Below, one piece after another: positions 11,485 to 22,056 of a stretch of DNA of 36,326 nucleotides (within the stretch, counting starts at the first letter, position 1; every line of letters begins with the position of its first letter). The DNA lies in the NCBI RefSeq assembly GCF_006345805.1, contig NW_021826200.1:1-36326 (forward strand), written 5' to 3'. A program made the position numbers and the translations under genes. The DNA is from Octopus sinensis. Its lineage: Eukaryota. The notes beneath the pieces are model-generated. The model made no database searches. It was not told the DNA's origin and worked only from the letters and a program-made list of their open reading frames with translations.

Positions 11485-11892
11485 AGTGGCTGCGTAGTAA
11501 GAAGCTTGCTTCCCAACCACATGGTCCCGGGTTCAGCCCCTCTGCGTGACACCTTGGGTAGGTGTCTTCTACTATAACCTTGGGTGACCAAAGTCTTGTG
11601 AGTGGATTTGGCAGGCCGAAGCCCGTCGCGTATTTGTATGAAGACGTATGTATCTGTGCGTATATGTCTTTGTATCTGTGTTCGTCCTCCTATCACCGCT
11701 TAACAACCGGTGTTGGTATGTTTACGTCCACGTAACTTAGCAGTTCGCCAAAAGAGACCGATAGAATAAGTACCTGATGAAAAAAAAAAACCAGTTCTGG
11801 AGTTGGTTTGTTCGGCTAAAACTTTTTAAGGCGGTGCTCCAGCATGACCGCAGTGAAATGACTGAAACAAGTAAAACGATAAAAAGAAAAAA
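11485..11892 (+). mobile_element. SINE family 1 (CORE-type), near full-length, moderately diverged
   Basis: A-box-like GTGGCTGCGTAGT, B-box GGTTCAGCCCC, CORE-like GACACCTTGGGTAGGTGTCTT, TA/TG-rich middle, tail ...CCAGCATGACCGCAG...GACTGAAACAAGTAAAA. Confidence 0.85.
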
Positions 11893-12078
11893 ATAACGAT
11901 ATATTCAGTAATCCCTCGACTATATGTATGTATGCACACACATACATACATATATACACATGCAAACACACACACACACACACATACATACGTACATGCA
12001 TGCAAATATAGGCACACACACACACATGCGCACAAACAAACAAAAGGGAACGCAGTGTAAATAACGGACAGAGTCAAA

Positions 12079-12267
12079 ACTATTGGAAAGGTTGCAAGAC
12101 GCAACGAAAATTTTAGGAAAATAAAAATAAGAAATAACTGGAAATTTTACCGATATGTGTGTTAAATAATAAGGCAGAAAAAGAAAATGACTCTCCCCAC
12201 ACACAACAGAATATGCTTCAACACACGAACTCATATAAAGAATCTTGCAAACAAATTCAAAAACAAA
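12079..12267 (-). repeat. Unclassified interspersed repeat of about 190 bp, copy 1
   Basis: Reverse-complement match to 31621-31811 (e.g. GGTTGCAAGACGCAACGAAAATTTTAG; CAACACACGAACTCA(T/C)ATAAAGAATCTTGCAAAC). Confidence 0.8.
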
Positions 12268-12410
12268 TTACAATATATTTATTTTAAATCATTTATTTAT
12301 TTTAAATCGTTCATCTTTCTCCTCCCCTCTCTCTCTCACCCACATTACTTTGGGTACGAAAGAGTTTTGTTTTTATTTTACGCCGAGTAAAAAAGTGTGT
12401 TGTTGACAAT

Positions 12411-12465
12411 CCATTTACTGAACTCGGAACCATGTGGTTGGGAAACAAGCTTCTTACCACACAAC
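12411..12465 (-). mobile_element. SINE family 1 head fragment
   Basis: Minus strand GTGTGGTAAGAAGCTTGTTTCCCAACCACATGGTTCCGAGTTCAG. Confidence 0.75.
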
Positions 12466-13336
12466 AACATTATCTACTTCATTTGATTTAGGTTTAATGC
12501 CTGGAATTATCACTAAATAATATATTTCATTTATTAACATTTCCTGTAACGACTAAATACATTTTCCCATTGCAACCTACTTTGCTTTTCCAAAATACTC
12601 AATATATACGGTTACTAATTTAAGTACATTACATAATTATCCATTTTTATTTCTTTAATTAAAATCGAATTATTTTGTAACATATAGTAACACTGAAATT
12701 AGCCATCGTAATTATTCTCCTTACTTTTAACGCTTCAAGAGTTAATTCATTCATAAAAAATATACGTTTCATTTTATATTCACACACATTGCACATGTCG
12801 TTATTTCTGTAATGCATTCCTTATATGGCAATAACACACGTTTTGTTCTTAACATGTGCTTCGCCTATTGTTTTTATTGCGTAAATTGCTGGTAAATGGT
12901 CACCAAATTATGTTTATATCTATGTAAATAATGAAACTATTGCAGCTCTGTTTTACTCATCAATTGGGGCGTTTGAAACTTATCATATGAAATAATATTT
13001 TTATATTTAGGCTAAAATGATTTGCTCTTTTTAATTCTATACATTCTAAATTTAGTTAAGGCCTGCAGGGGCAATGAACATAAATGAATGCCAAAATTGC
13101 AATACCAGCGAATTTAAAGACGCAATATTCCCGTAAGGAAGAGAGTATTAATAAATCTTAGTGGCGTTTTTACAAACTGGATATTTCTGGTTATTAGACG
13201 AAGGTATATACAATGATGCATGAATGACTAACAAAATTTCCTCTAGGGCCTATATTCATCCTTATGATTCTGCTAGCTATACCTCTTTTGACAGCCATCA
13301 ACGATAACGACTGTTCATTTCTACCGAATTCTTAAG

Positions 13337-13637
13337 TGGCTTCGTCGGTTACGACGAGTGTTCCAATTGATCCGAGCAACAGAACAGCCTGCACGGGAAA
13401 TCAATGTGCAAGTGGCTGAGTATTCCACAGACACACGTATCTTTAATGTGGTTCTCAGAGAGATTCAGCGTGACACTGAATGTGACAAGGGTGACCCTTT
13501 GAAATACAGGTGCAACTCATTTTTGCCAGCTGAGCGAACCGAAACAATTGGAAATAAAGTGACTTGCTCAAGGACACAACACACCACCACGAATCGATCT
13601 CAGACTTTACGACCGTGGGTCGAATACTCTAACCACT
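13337..13637 (-). mobile_element. SINE family 3 (tRNA-derived, CORE-like), full-length single copy
   Basis: Minus strand AGTGGTTAG (A-box-like), GAGATCGATTC (B-box-like), GTGTCCTTGAGCAAGTCACTTTA (MIR/CORE-like), then a distinct tail. Confidence 0.7.
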
Positions 13638-14072
13638 TTCCCACGCTCCTCCCGAAAAATGCATCATCCACAAATACCAACTACAAGCCAAACTTCTACT
13701 GATTTCATGAACGAAGTAGTCGAAATTATTTTCTAGTGGGGCCATGCCGACACCAATTTTCCAATTTTGTTTCCCTTAACAGAAATAAAACTAAAACCTT
13801 ACTCCAAATTCAAGAGGTCATCGCACCACGCTTCCTTGAACATGAGCAGCACTCATCTAGATCGCTCTCGGTTGCTCTAAATATTAGGCCTCAGTGTCTG
13901 TAAGGTTTTCTCCCAGTGAAGGCACATCCCTAGCACAACTATAGCTGCATACTAAAAACTGGTTCTTCTTTTCACGGCAGGAAATATTTCACTCTACCAC
14001 TTCAATTAGCTGTCACTCAGATAAGGCCCACAGTGGAGAATTTTCTGCCATATCTGATGCAGTATTGCTGCC

Positions 14073-14107
14073 ATATCTGATGACGAGCTCCGCTCGAAAC
14101 GTGAAAT
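14073..14107 (+). ncRNA. Degenerate minimal type I hammerhead-ribozyme-like motif
   Basis: CTGATGA (14077-83), extra C, helix GAGC-TCC-GCTC, GAAA (14096-99), palindromic ACGT. Position 17 is G and helix I pairs only 3 of 4. Confidence 0.35.
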
Positions 14108-14218
14108 CCTCTTTCTTTTCTTTCCTTTCCTGAGCGTCTAATAACCTGGTACGTGTACCACGTCCTCGCTTTGTTGTTTTTTCTTGCGTGTTCTTGTCTG
14201 GATTGACTATATATATAT

Positions 14219-14222
<4 letters not shown>

Positions 14223-14293
<71 letters not shown>
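14223..14293. repeat. (GA)n microsatellite
   Basis: Direct inspection. Confidence 0.95.
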
Positions 14294-14297
<4 letters not shown>

Positions 14298-14335
14298 TTT
14301 TTCAATTTTTAAACTATTTTAATCGATTTATTTGT

Positions 14336-14419
14336 ACCTCTGATGAGAGAAATGCGACTATTTGTATTGGCTGGAAAACTCGCCCAATACAAACGCATTC
14401 CTCAAAACAATTGTAAGGT
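14336..14419 (+). ncRNA. Type I hammerhead ribozyme fold with G12-to-A core substitution (probably inactive in this copy)
   Basis: Helix I ACCT/AGGT; CTGATGA at 14340-46; helix II GAGAAATGCG/CGCATTCCTC plus TTTGTATTGG/CCAATACAAA; AAAA instead of GAAA at 14404-07; palindromic helix III ACAATTGT; GTA cleavage triplet at 14413-15. Confidence 0.72.
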
Positions 14420-14555
14420 TTTGTAATACTGCGTTTTTTGGGGATTGTAATATTGGAGTGCTTGAAACCTAAGATCTCGATGAATTTTTTATGTATCTTG
14501 TACTCCCATGATAAAGGAACTTGACCTAGGGAAATCTGTCATTCACTTTGATTTT

Positions 14556-14556
<1 letters not shown>

Positions 14557-14608
<52 letters not shown>

Positions 14609-14664
14609 ATTATATATATATATATAATATATATATATATATATACATACATACATACTACACG

Positions 14665-14731
<67 letters not shown>

Positions 14732-14753
14732 ATATATATATATATATATATAT
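14557..14753. repeat. (TA)n/(CA)n compound microsatellite
   Basis: Direct inspection. Confidence 0.95.
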
Positions 14754-14917
14754 ACGACGAACTTCTTTCTGGTACCGTCTTCCAAATCCTCTCACAAGGC
14801 TTTGGTCGGCCCGACGCTATAATAGAAGGCGTTTAACCAGTGCGCCTTGCAGTGGAACTGAACCAGGAATCATGTGGGTGAAAATCAGACTTCTCACCAC
14901 ACAGCCGCTCCTGCGCC
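14754..14917 (-). mobile_element. SINE family 1 head (diverged), ending in the TA tract
   Basis: Minus strand GGCGCAGGAGCGGCTGTGTGGTGAG ... GGTTCAGTTCCACTGC ... GACCAAAGCCTTGTGAG ... GTCGTATATA. Confidence 0.8.
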
Positions 14918-14984
14918 TATACTTCATATAATGTTTATTTTGTAATTTGATACAAAGCCATTAATTTTCATTTTGAAGCTGATA

Positions 14985-15130
14985 TAAGGCGATTAAAGCA
15001 ACTGAAGCACTTAACTGATACTTTATTTTGCTGACCCACGGAAGACTAAAAGTCAAAGTTGATTTCGTTGAGATTTGAACTTAAAACAGAATAGAACCTA
15101 AAACACCGTAACATATTTTGTTGTCTGCAA
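14985..15130 (-). mobile_element. SINE family 2, old diverged copy
   Basis: GATACTTTATTTTGCTGACCC...AGTCAAAGTTGATTTCGTTGAGATTTGAACT aligns by eye with the reverse complement of the family 2 body. Confidence 0.55.
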
Positions 15131-15504
15131 TTAGATCCAGTAATGCGCTGGCGCCTTTGCAAAGTTCAACTCAAATTTTAAATGGCTTAGATTCATAGAA
15201 TATAATTAACTTTTTTTTTAGAGATTTATTTATATGACTTTTTTCTGTCACTAATTTTCTGATTAAATCTTTTTTATTTCCTGCATAAATCTTTAAATTT
15301 TCATACTTTGTTTTGTTTATTTTAATTATAAGAAATAAATTTATTCACCATCCTTTGTGAAGTTATTTTTTATGTTCTCTAAACACAATCCAATACTATG
15401 TGCAAAATCACACAGATACAAACACCAAACATATACACACAAAAATACATGTACACATACACAAACACATGAGAGTACCCGTCAAAAATGATGGGGTTAT
15501 TTCT

Positions 15505-15913
15505 TATTTTTTTTACTGCCCATAAGGGGCTAAACACAGAGGGTACAAACAAGGACAAAGAGATTAAGTCGATTACATCGACCCCAGTGCGTAACTAGTA
15601 CTTAATTTAACGACCCCGAAAGGATGGAAGGCAAAGTCGACCTCGGCGGAATTTGAACTCAGAACGTAACAGCAGACGAAATACCTATTTCTTTACTACC
15701 CACAAGGGGCTAAACACAGAGGGGACAAGCAAGGACAGACAAACGGATTAAGTCGATTACATTGACCCCAGTGCGTAACTGGTACTTATTTAATCGACTC
15801 CGAAAGGATGAAAGGGAAAGTCGACCTCGGCGGAATTTGAACTCAGAACGTAACGGCAGACGAAATACCGCTAAGCATTTTGCCCGCGCGCTAAGGTTTC
15901 TGCCAGCTCGCCT
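15505..15913 (-). mobile_element. SINE family 2 tandem dimer (full monomer + 5'-truncated monomer) within one 14-bp TSD
   Basis: Monomers 15685-15912 and 15505-15685; ATGGGGTTATTTCT at 15491-15504 and 15914-15927. Confidence 0.88.
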
Positions 15914-15933
15914 ATGGGGTTATTTCTGTCGCT

Positions 15934-16312
15934 TTTTATCTTTCCCTTGTTTTACTCAATGGAATGCAGCCATGCTGGAACACTACCTTGAAGGGTCTAG
16001 TCGATTGGATCAATCTAATACTTACTTTCAAATCTGGTACTCATTCTGTCAGTCACTCTTGCTGAACTGTTAGTTTATGTGGATGTAAACAAACCAACAC
16101 TGGATTTACGCGGTGGTAGGAAACCAACAGAGGCACAAAGATACACACACGCGCATTTACATATACGGTGGGCTTCCACATGGTTTCCGCCTGCCAAATA
16201 CACTCACAAGAAATTGGTCGGCCCGTAGAAGACACTTGCTTCAGGTGCTGCGCCGCGGGACTGAACCTAAAAGCAAGTGGTTTCAAAGCGAGCTTATTAA
16301 CCACACAGCCAT
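15934..16312 (-). mobile_element. SINE family 1, old diverged full-length copy
   Basis: Head (CCACACAGCC, GGGACTGAACC, AGAAGACACTTGC) and tail (GCAGCCATGCTGGAACAC) recognisable as reverse complements. Confidence 0.7.
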
Positions 16313-16689
16313 GTCAGCGTCTTTCAGAAAATTTAAATCTTTTGGATTGAAGCCTTGCTCAATTTTCTTTTTGTATTTCAAACAGTGGTCTTTTAGTTAA
16401 TCGCATTCCTCCCAATCCTTGCTTCTGCATCTCCTCGTTTTTTCTTTTAAAGTTTTCCAGCACTTCTCTCCGATTCGCGATGTGCATTGATTTTCTCTTC
16501 TGATAACTTTCGTCTGATTCTACAGTTTAAAATCAAACAGTTTCTCTTTTACCAAAGGAATAAGCACCAAATTTAAATAAAGAAAGAAGTACTGATACCG
16601 ATATATTTGACTTTAAAATGGTCATACTTCAATAACTTCAAAATGGCCGTATCCCAATGACTGAAACAAAAATTACAATACAAACAATA

Positions 16690-16812
16690 GGTGTAGGAGT
16701 GGCTGTGTGGTAAGTAGATTGCTTGCCAACTACATGGTTCCGGGTTCAGACCCGCAGCGTGGCACCTTGGGCAAGTGTCTTCTACTATAGTGTCTTCTAC
16801 ATATATATATAT

Positions 16813-16849
<37 letters not shown>

Positions 16850-16877
16850 TACGATGGTGGTGTGTTTACGTCCCCGT

Positions 16878-16928
<51 letters not shown>

Positions 16929-17114
16929 GACGGGCTTCTTTCAGTTTGGTGGTGTGTTTACGTCCCCGTAACCTAGCGGTTCGGCAAAAGAGACCGATAG
17001 AATAAGTACTAAGCTTACAAAGAATAAGTCCTGGGGTCGATTTGCTCGACTAAAGGCGGTGCTCTAGCATGGCCACATTCAAATGACTGAAACAAGTAAA
17101 AGAGTAAAAGAGTA
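16690..17114 (+). mobile_element. SINE family 1, young copy with internally rearranged middle
   Basis: Intact head to 16790 and tail from 16948; the middle holds a duplicated 25-mer and an inverted 21-mer. Confidence 0.9.
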
Positions 17115-17529
17115 ATAAAAGACAACACCTCGATCAGTTCGACCAAGGGGAAATCGGAGCTGGACATCAAGTGGAAGTAAACGTGGCTGACTCCTGACGA
17201 ATATAATGTTTAACGAGGCGGCGTTATCCAAGGTCTTAAGATGGCAGATTTGCTATTACCGACTGCACTAAAAAAATTGTTAAATTATATTCTGGAAAAC
17301 TTATTGCGTAATATTTTATTCTCGGACATAAACAAATAAATATAGAATTAAAATTTTTGAATCGGTTAATCTGTACCTTATTTAATTTCCTATATCAAAA
17401 TAAATGTAGAAAAACGGGAAAGAAATATTTAAGCCTTTAAATATCTCAGTTTCGAAAGCCATGTTAAATCTTTCCAACAGTATAAAAGCGGATTAAGTGT
17501 AATTGATGCCAATTAAATCGCGCGCGCAC

Positions 17530-17888
17530 ATAACATTCTTCGTCTATATGCATACATACACACATACATACATATAAATCTATGAAAGAAATTTATAAGT
17601 ATATATATACATGTGTGTTTGCGTGTATAGATACGCACACACACACACATATATATGTGTATATATATATATATATGTAGCATGTATATATATATGTGTA
17701 TCTTTATATGCGAGTGTGTGCGTATGTATGTATACACATAAGCACGTACACTATTTCTACATACACAGAAAAGTGAGCGGATGTACATAAATACATATAT
17801 ATAGTATACATATATATGTATATGCATACATATATGTATACACACACATATATATATATATTCATACATACATACATACATACATACA

Positions 17889-17922
<34 letters not shown>

Positions 17923-17930
17923 CATACATA
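17530..17930. repeat. (TA)n/(CA)n/(TACA)n microsatellite field
   Basis: Direct inspection. Confidence 0.9.
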
Positions 17931-18360
17931 TGAGGTCTATTCAAAATGAAACTAGGTTTTTGTAAGTTTTAAAACAGCCCACCAGCCAACTGGTATGGCG
18001 TAATTGTCGCCGCTGCAGTATTGTGAATATACGACTATGCTCTTCATTCTTGTAATAGCTACATTACTCCACATCAGCTACTCATCGTGTTACATGCACT
18101 AGAGTCGATTTGTTTTATGTGCTCTGATCGATTTGTTTTGCATGTTCTGACCGATTTGTCTTACATGCTCTGATCAATTTGTCTTACATGCTCTGGTCGA
18201 TTTGTCTTACATGCCCTGGTCAATTTGTTTTACAAGCTCTGGTCGATTTGTTTCGGGTTTGAACAATGGAGGATTTGGAAGGGCACCGGGTTCGCGTGAA
18301 ATTCTGTTTTAAATTTGGAAGCAAACTTTACGTAGATTTTTCTAATCTTGCAAGAAGCCA
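17931..18360 (+). mobile_element. mariner 5' remnant (left TIR, 5' UTR, transposase N-terminus)
   Basis: TA|TGAGGTCTATTCAAAA resembles mariner CGAGG...TTCAAAA TIRs; from ATG 18266: MEDLEGHRVRVKFCFKFG, then frameshifted ILQEA, like mariner N-termini (QRxCIKFCxKLG...LQEAYG). Confidence 0.6.
18099..18254. repeat. 23-bp minisatellite, about 7 units (consensus CTCTGGTCGATTTGTCTTACATG)
   Basis: Unit starts at 18099, 18122, 18145, 18168, 18191, 18214, 18237. Confidence 0.92.
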
Positions 18361-18549
18361 AAAGAGAGGTTGTTCGAACGTTGGGCAATATTATGTATAA
18401 CACCAGTGTTTCAAAGTGTATAGTAGTGGCCATATGGCCCTTGTAGGGCCATATAAGATTTTATTGTTAAAATTTATATGCAATATACTTCAACAATACG
18501 CAAAATATTTGAATTATTTTATACAATTCCAGATCAGTGAATTTTTTTG

Positions 18550-19029
18550 TCTATCCATTTTTAGGCCAACTCACTGAAAGTGAGATTAATAATGCATACT
18601 TTCAGCAAGATGGAGCTTACAGTACATACTTCGCGCATTACCATGGCGCTACTTCAAGAGCTTCTTGGTGAAAGATTATTTCGAAGGGCCACCAAGATCA
18701 CCTGATTTAACACCGCCAGACATTTTTTTCTGGAGAGCAAGTAAGGGATCAGTGTACAAGAATCGCTCGAAAACCATTAATGAGCTAAAAGACGCAATCA
18801 TAGCCTTCACATGGTCCATACCACGTCAGACTCTCCAAGATGCATTTCAAAACATGTGCAGAAGAGTCAACTTATGTATTGAAAGTGAAGGACGACACTT
18901 CCAACACTTCTTATAAAGTTTTTTTAGTCTTGTAAAGTCTAATATATTCTTTTGTAGTCTTGTACCATCTTATAAATATTTATTTTCAATAAAATACTTT
19001 CTGCGGGGAGACTTTTTGAACACGCTGCA
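18550..19029 (+). mobile_element. Tc1/mariner DDxD-type (rosa/maT-like) transposase 3' remnant with right TIR
   Basis: FQQDGA at about 18600, PPRSPDLTPPDIFFW from 18689, C-terminus RRVNLCIESEGRHFQHFL* (stop 18916), terminus ACTTTTTGAACACGCTGCA. Confidence 0.8.
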
Positions 19030-19265
19030 CAATGAATGGCTGGGTGGTGGAATCCAGTAGAGTACAATAAGAATCAGTGTTATATATGCAAAAAAGAAAA
19101 AAAAAGTTTCAGGACGATCTCCAATATAGATGATGTCCCACTTCGGATGATGATCTCACAGTGAAATTAAGTGCTGTGATTTTTGAAAGTTGTAGCCCGA
19201 ATATCCATGTCGTTTTCGAAGTAGACATCTATAAAACTTAGTGGTACGTAATTTGAATAATAATT

Positions 19266-19267
<2 letters not shown>

Positions 19268-19321
<54 letters not shown>
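19268..19321. repeat. (AAT)n tract at the 5' end of the retroelement train
   Basis: About 18 perfect AAT units. Confidence 0.95.
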
Positions 19322-19322
<1 letters not shown>

Positions 19323-22056
19323 CAACAACAAATTAAAATATTTAGATCTGACATTGAATATTTGAAAAACCTTAAGGCTCACAAGACTACCAAACCTACA
19401 AAAACCCAAAAATTACTGAAAAAATACAATATGAAAACTATACTTGATATTGATGCCACCATAGAAACCATCAAACAAAAGGTATCTGCCAAAGCTGCCC
19501 GCATAGCGAGGTATGAAAAGCGTGTTAGATTTTTCAAGGACAACAACATGTTCAAAAATAACACCAAGAATTTTTACAGGAAGATAGGAAAAACAGCGTT
19601 TACTGCAAGGTCTGTACCATCAAAAGAAGAAGTGCAGGGATTTTGGAATAAAATCTGGGCAGAAGAAAAAACACACAACGAAAAGGCCCCCTGGATTGAC
19701 AGAATATCTACAGAACTGGACCCCTTAGAAGAGCAAAAGTGGGAGGGTGTCAAGGTAGAAGACATAAGATCTGCTCTCAGGAGGTCAAGCAAATGGAAGT
19801 CTCCAGGAAAGGATAAAATTCCTAACTTCTGGCTGAATGCCTTCCCAGAGAGCCATGAACTGCTAACAGAACTGTACAATTATGTTTTGCAACACCCTAG
19901 TAGGATGCCTCCTTGGCTAGTTAATGGGTTAACATTCCTGCTTCCAAAAAGTGAAGAAACAAATGAACCAAAAAACTATAGACCCATAACCTGCTTAACA
20001 ACTATGTACAAAACACTAACATCTGTCCTGACGGAATATACCTATAGTTTTTTAACAGACAGCAGCATATTCCCTAATGAACAGAAAGGATGTAAACGTG
20101 GATCCTACGGCTGTAAAGACCAACTACTCATCAATAAGATGATCTTAGAAGATTGTCACAAACGACACAAAAACTTATCAATAGCCTGGATAGACTATAA
20201 AAAGGCTTTTGATAGCCTACCACATAGCTGGATTAGGAAATTCCTGGAAATGTATAAGATAGCACCTACTCTGCGAAACTTCTTGACTGTAAGTATGAGA
20301 TCATGGAGAACCACACTAACTCTGAACAGTGACAATGAATCCCTAAATGCTGGTGATGTAAAAATTTCGTGTGGCATATTCCAGGGTGACTCACTGTCAC
20401 CACTCCTCTTTTGTTTATCCTTAATACCTCTCTCAAAGCTGCTCAATGACGCGCAGTACGGGTATAAAATGTTTGATAAAAATATAAATCATCTCGTTTA
20501 CATGGATGATTTAAAGCTTTTTGCAAAAAATGACCAACAACTCAAGGGCTTACTAGCGATAGTCAAACAATTCAGTAACGACATCAGAATGCAATTCGGC
20601 CTCGATAAATGTGCAAAGGCTACCTTTATCAAAGGAAAAATGACAGAAACATCTAACGTTAACCTTGACCAACAGAATGTCATAAAAGAACTAGACCCAG
20701 CGGAGAGCTACAAGTACCTAGGGGTAATTGAAGGGAACGGAATAAGGCATTCATAGATGAAGGAAAGGATCAGGAGAGAATGCTATCGAAGAGTGAGAGC
20801 AATACTCAAGACAGAGCTGAATGCAAGAAACAGGATCGAAGCGATCAATGCATTAGCCATACCAGTCGTGACTTACAGTTTCAATATTGTTAACTGGTCA
20901 ATTACTGAAATATGTCAGCTCGACAGAAAAATAAGGAAACTGTTGACAATGCATAGAATGCACCACCCTAAGGCAGATACAGAACGACTCTATCTGCCAA
21001 GAAAAGAGGGAGGCCGTGGTCTTTTGCAACTGGCAATAACAATGAAGATTGCTACAATTGGCCTAGACACCTACCTGAAAAACTCTGAGGACTGGATGTT
21101 AAAACTTGTCTCAAAACATGAAAACAAGAAAGCATCATACTCAGTCACAAAACAAGCAAAGGAGTATCTAAGTGAATTCCGAATACAACCAATTTCGGAA
21201 TTAGAGATAGATATACGAGAAACAAGCACAGAAAAAGCTAGGCGCATGAAAACCCGTGCCAAAACTGCGGCCTTAGATATTCTGAATAATAAATGGCAAG
21301 AAAAACCTCTCTATGGCAAATACCCAAAGAGAGCGAATAATGCAGATATCGACAAAGCCCTGACCCATCAATGGCTAATGGCCTCTGGCTTAAAATCTGA
21401 AACAGAGGGGTTTATCATAGCAGCTCAAGATCAATGCCTACCAACAAGAAACTACCAGGCCAACATATTAAAGAACGGCAGTAGCCCAACATGTCGTGTA
21501 TGCCGACAACAAAATGAAACCATTGACCATGTTGTCTCCAAATGCAGTCTTCTAGCGCCTACAGAGTACCTCAGTAGGCATGATAGAACTGCACAATATA
21601 TTCACTGGGTAATTTGCAAAATCCTGGATTTGCCCCATGAAAAAAACTGGTGGGAACACAATCCACCTCCTGTGCTTGAAAATGACCACATCTCACTCCT
21701 CTGGAACTTCACCATTCAAACTGACAGGAAGATAGATGCAAATAGGCCAGACATTATATTGAAAGACTTCAGACAAAGAACATGCCTCCTCATTGATATG
21801 ACTGTCCCAATCGATATAAACGTATCTGTCAACCTACCAAAAACTGAGCAAATATAAAGATCTTGAAATAGAAATCAGCAAAATGTGGAAGCTGAAGACT
21901 AAAACAATACCTGTTGTCATAGGTGCCCTGGGAATGATAGCGAAAGGGGCTGATTGCTACCTAACTCAGATACCAGGTAACCCCAAAATGGCAGAAATTC
22001 AAAAGATAGTGCTCATGGGAACTGCTCATATCCTACGCAAAATACTCTCTATGTAA
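19320..22056 (+). pseudogene. R4/Dong RT-REL polyprotein (one nonsense codon, one 2-bp deletion)
   Basis: KSPGKD, YRPITCL, EQKGCKRGSYGCKDQL, WIDYKKAFDS, IFQGDSLSP, YMDDLK, YKYLG; TAG at 20754-56; CRVC...ETIDHVVSKC; RHD; RPDII...DMTVP; frameshift near 21831; ends ...ILRKILSM* at 22056. The ATG at 19320 is created by the AAT junction. Confidence 0.93.

Noticed and set aside
17118-17230. KRQHLDQFDQGEIG resembling a Tc1 transposase N-terminus
   Set aside because: Match is too short and degenerate; no TIR or catalytic region nearby.
18404-18454. CAGTGTTTCAAAGTG plus a 10-bp hairpin resembling a hAT terminus
   Set aside because: No matching opposite end or 8-bp TSD found.
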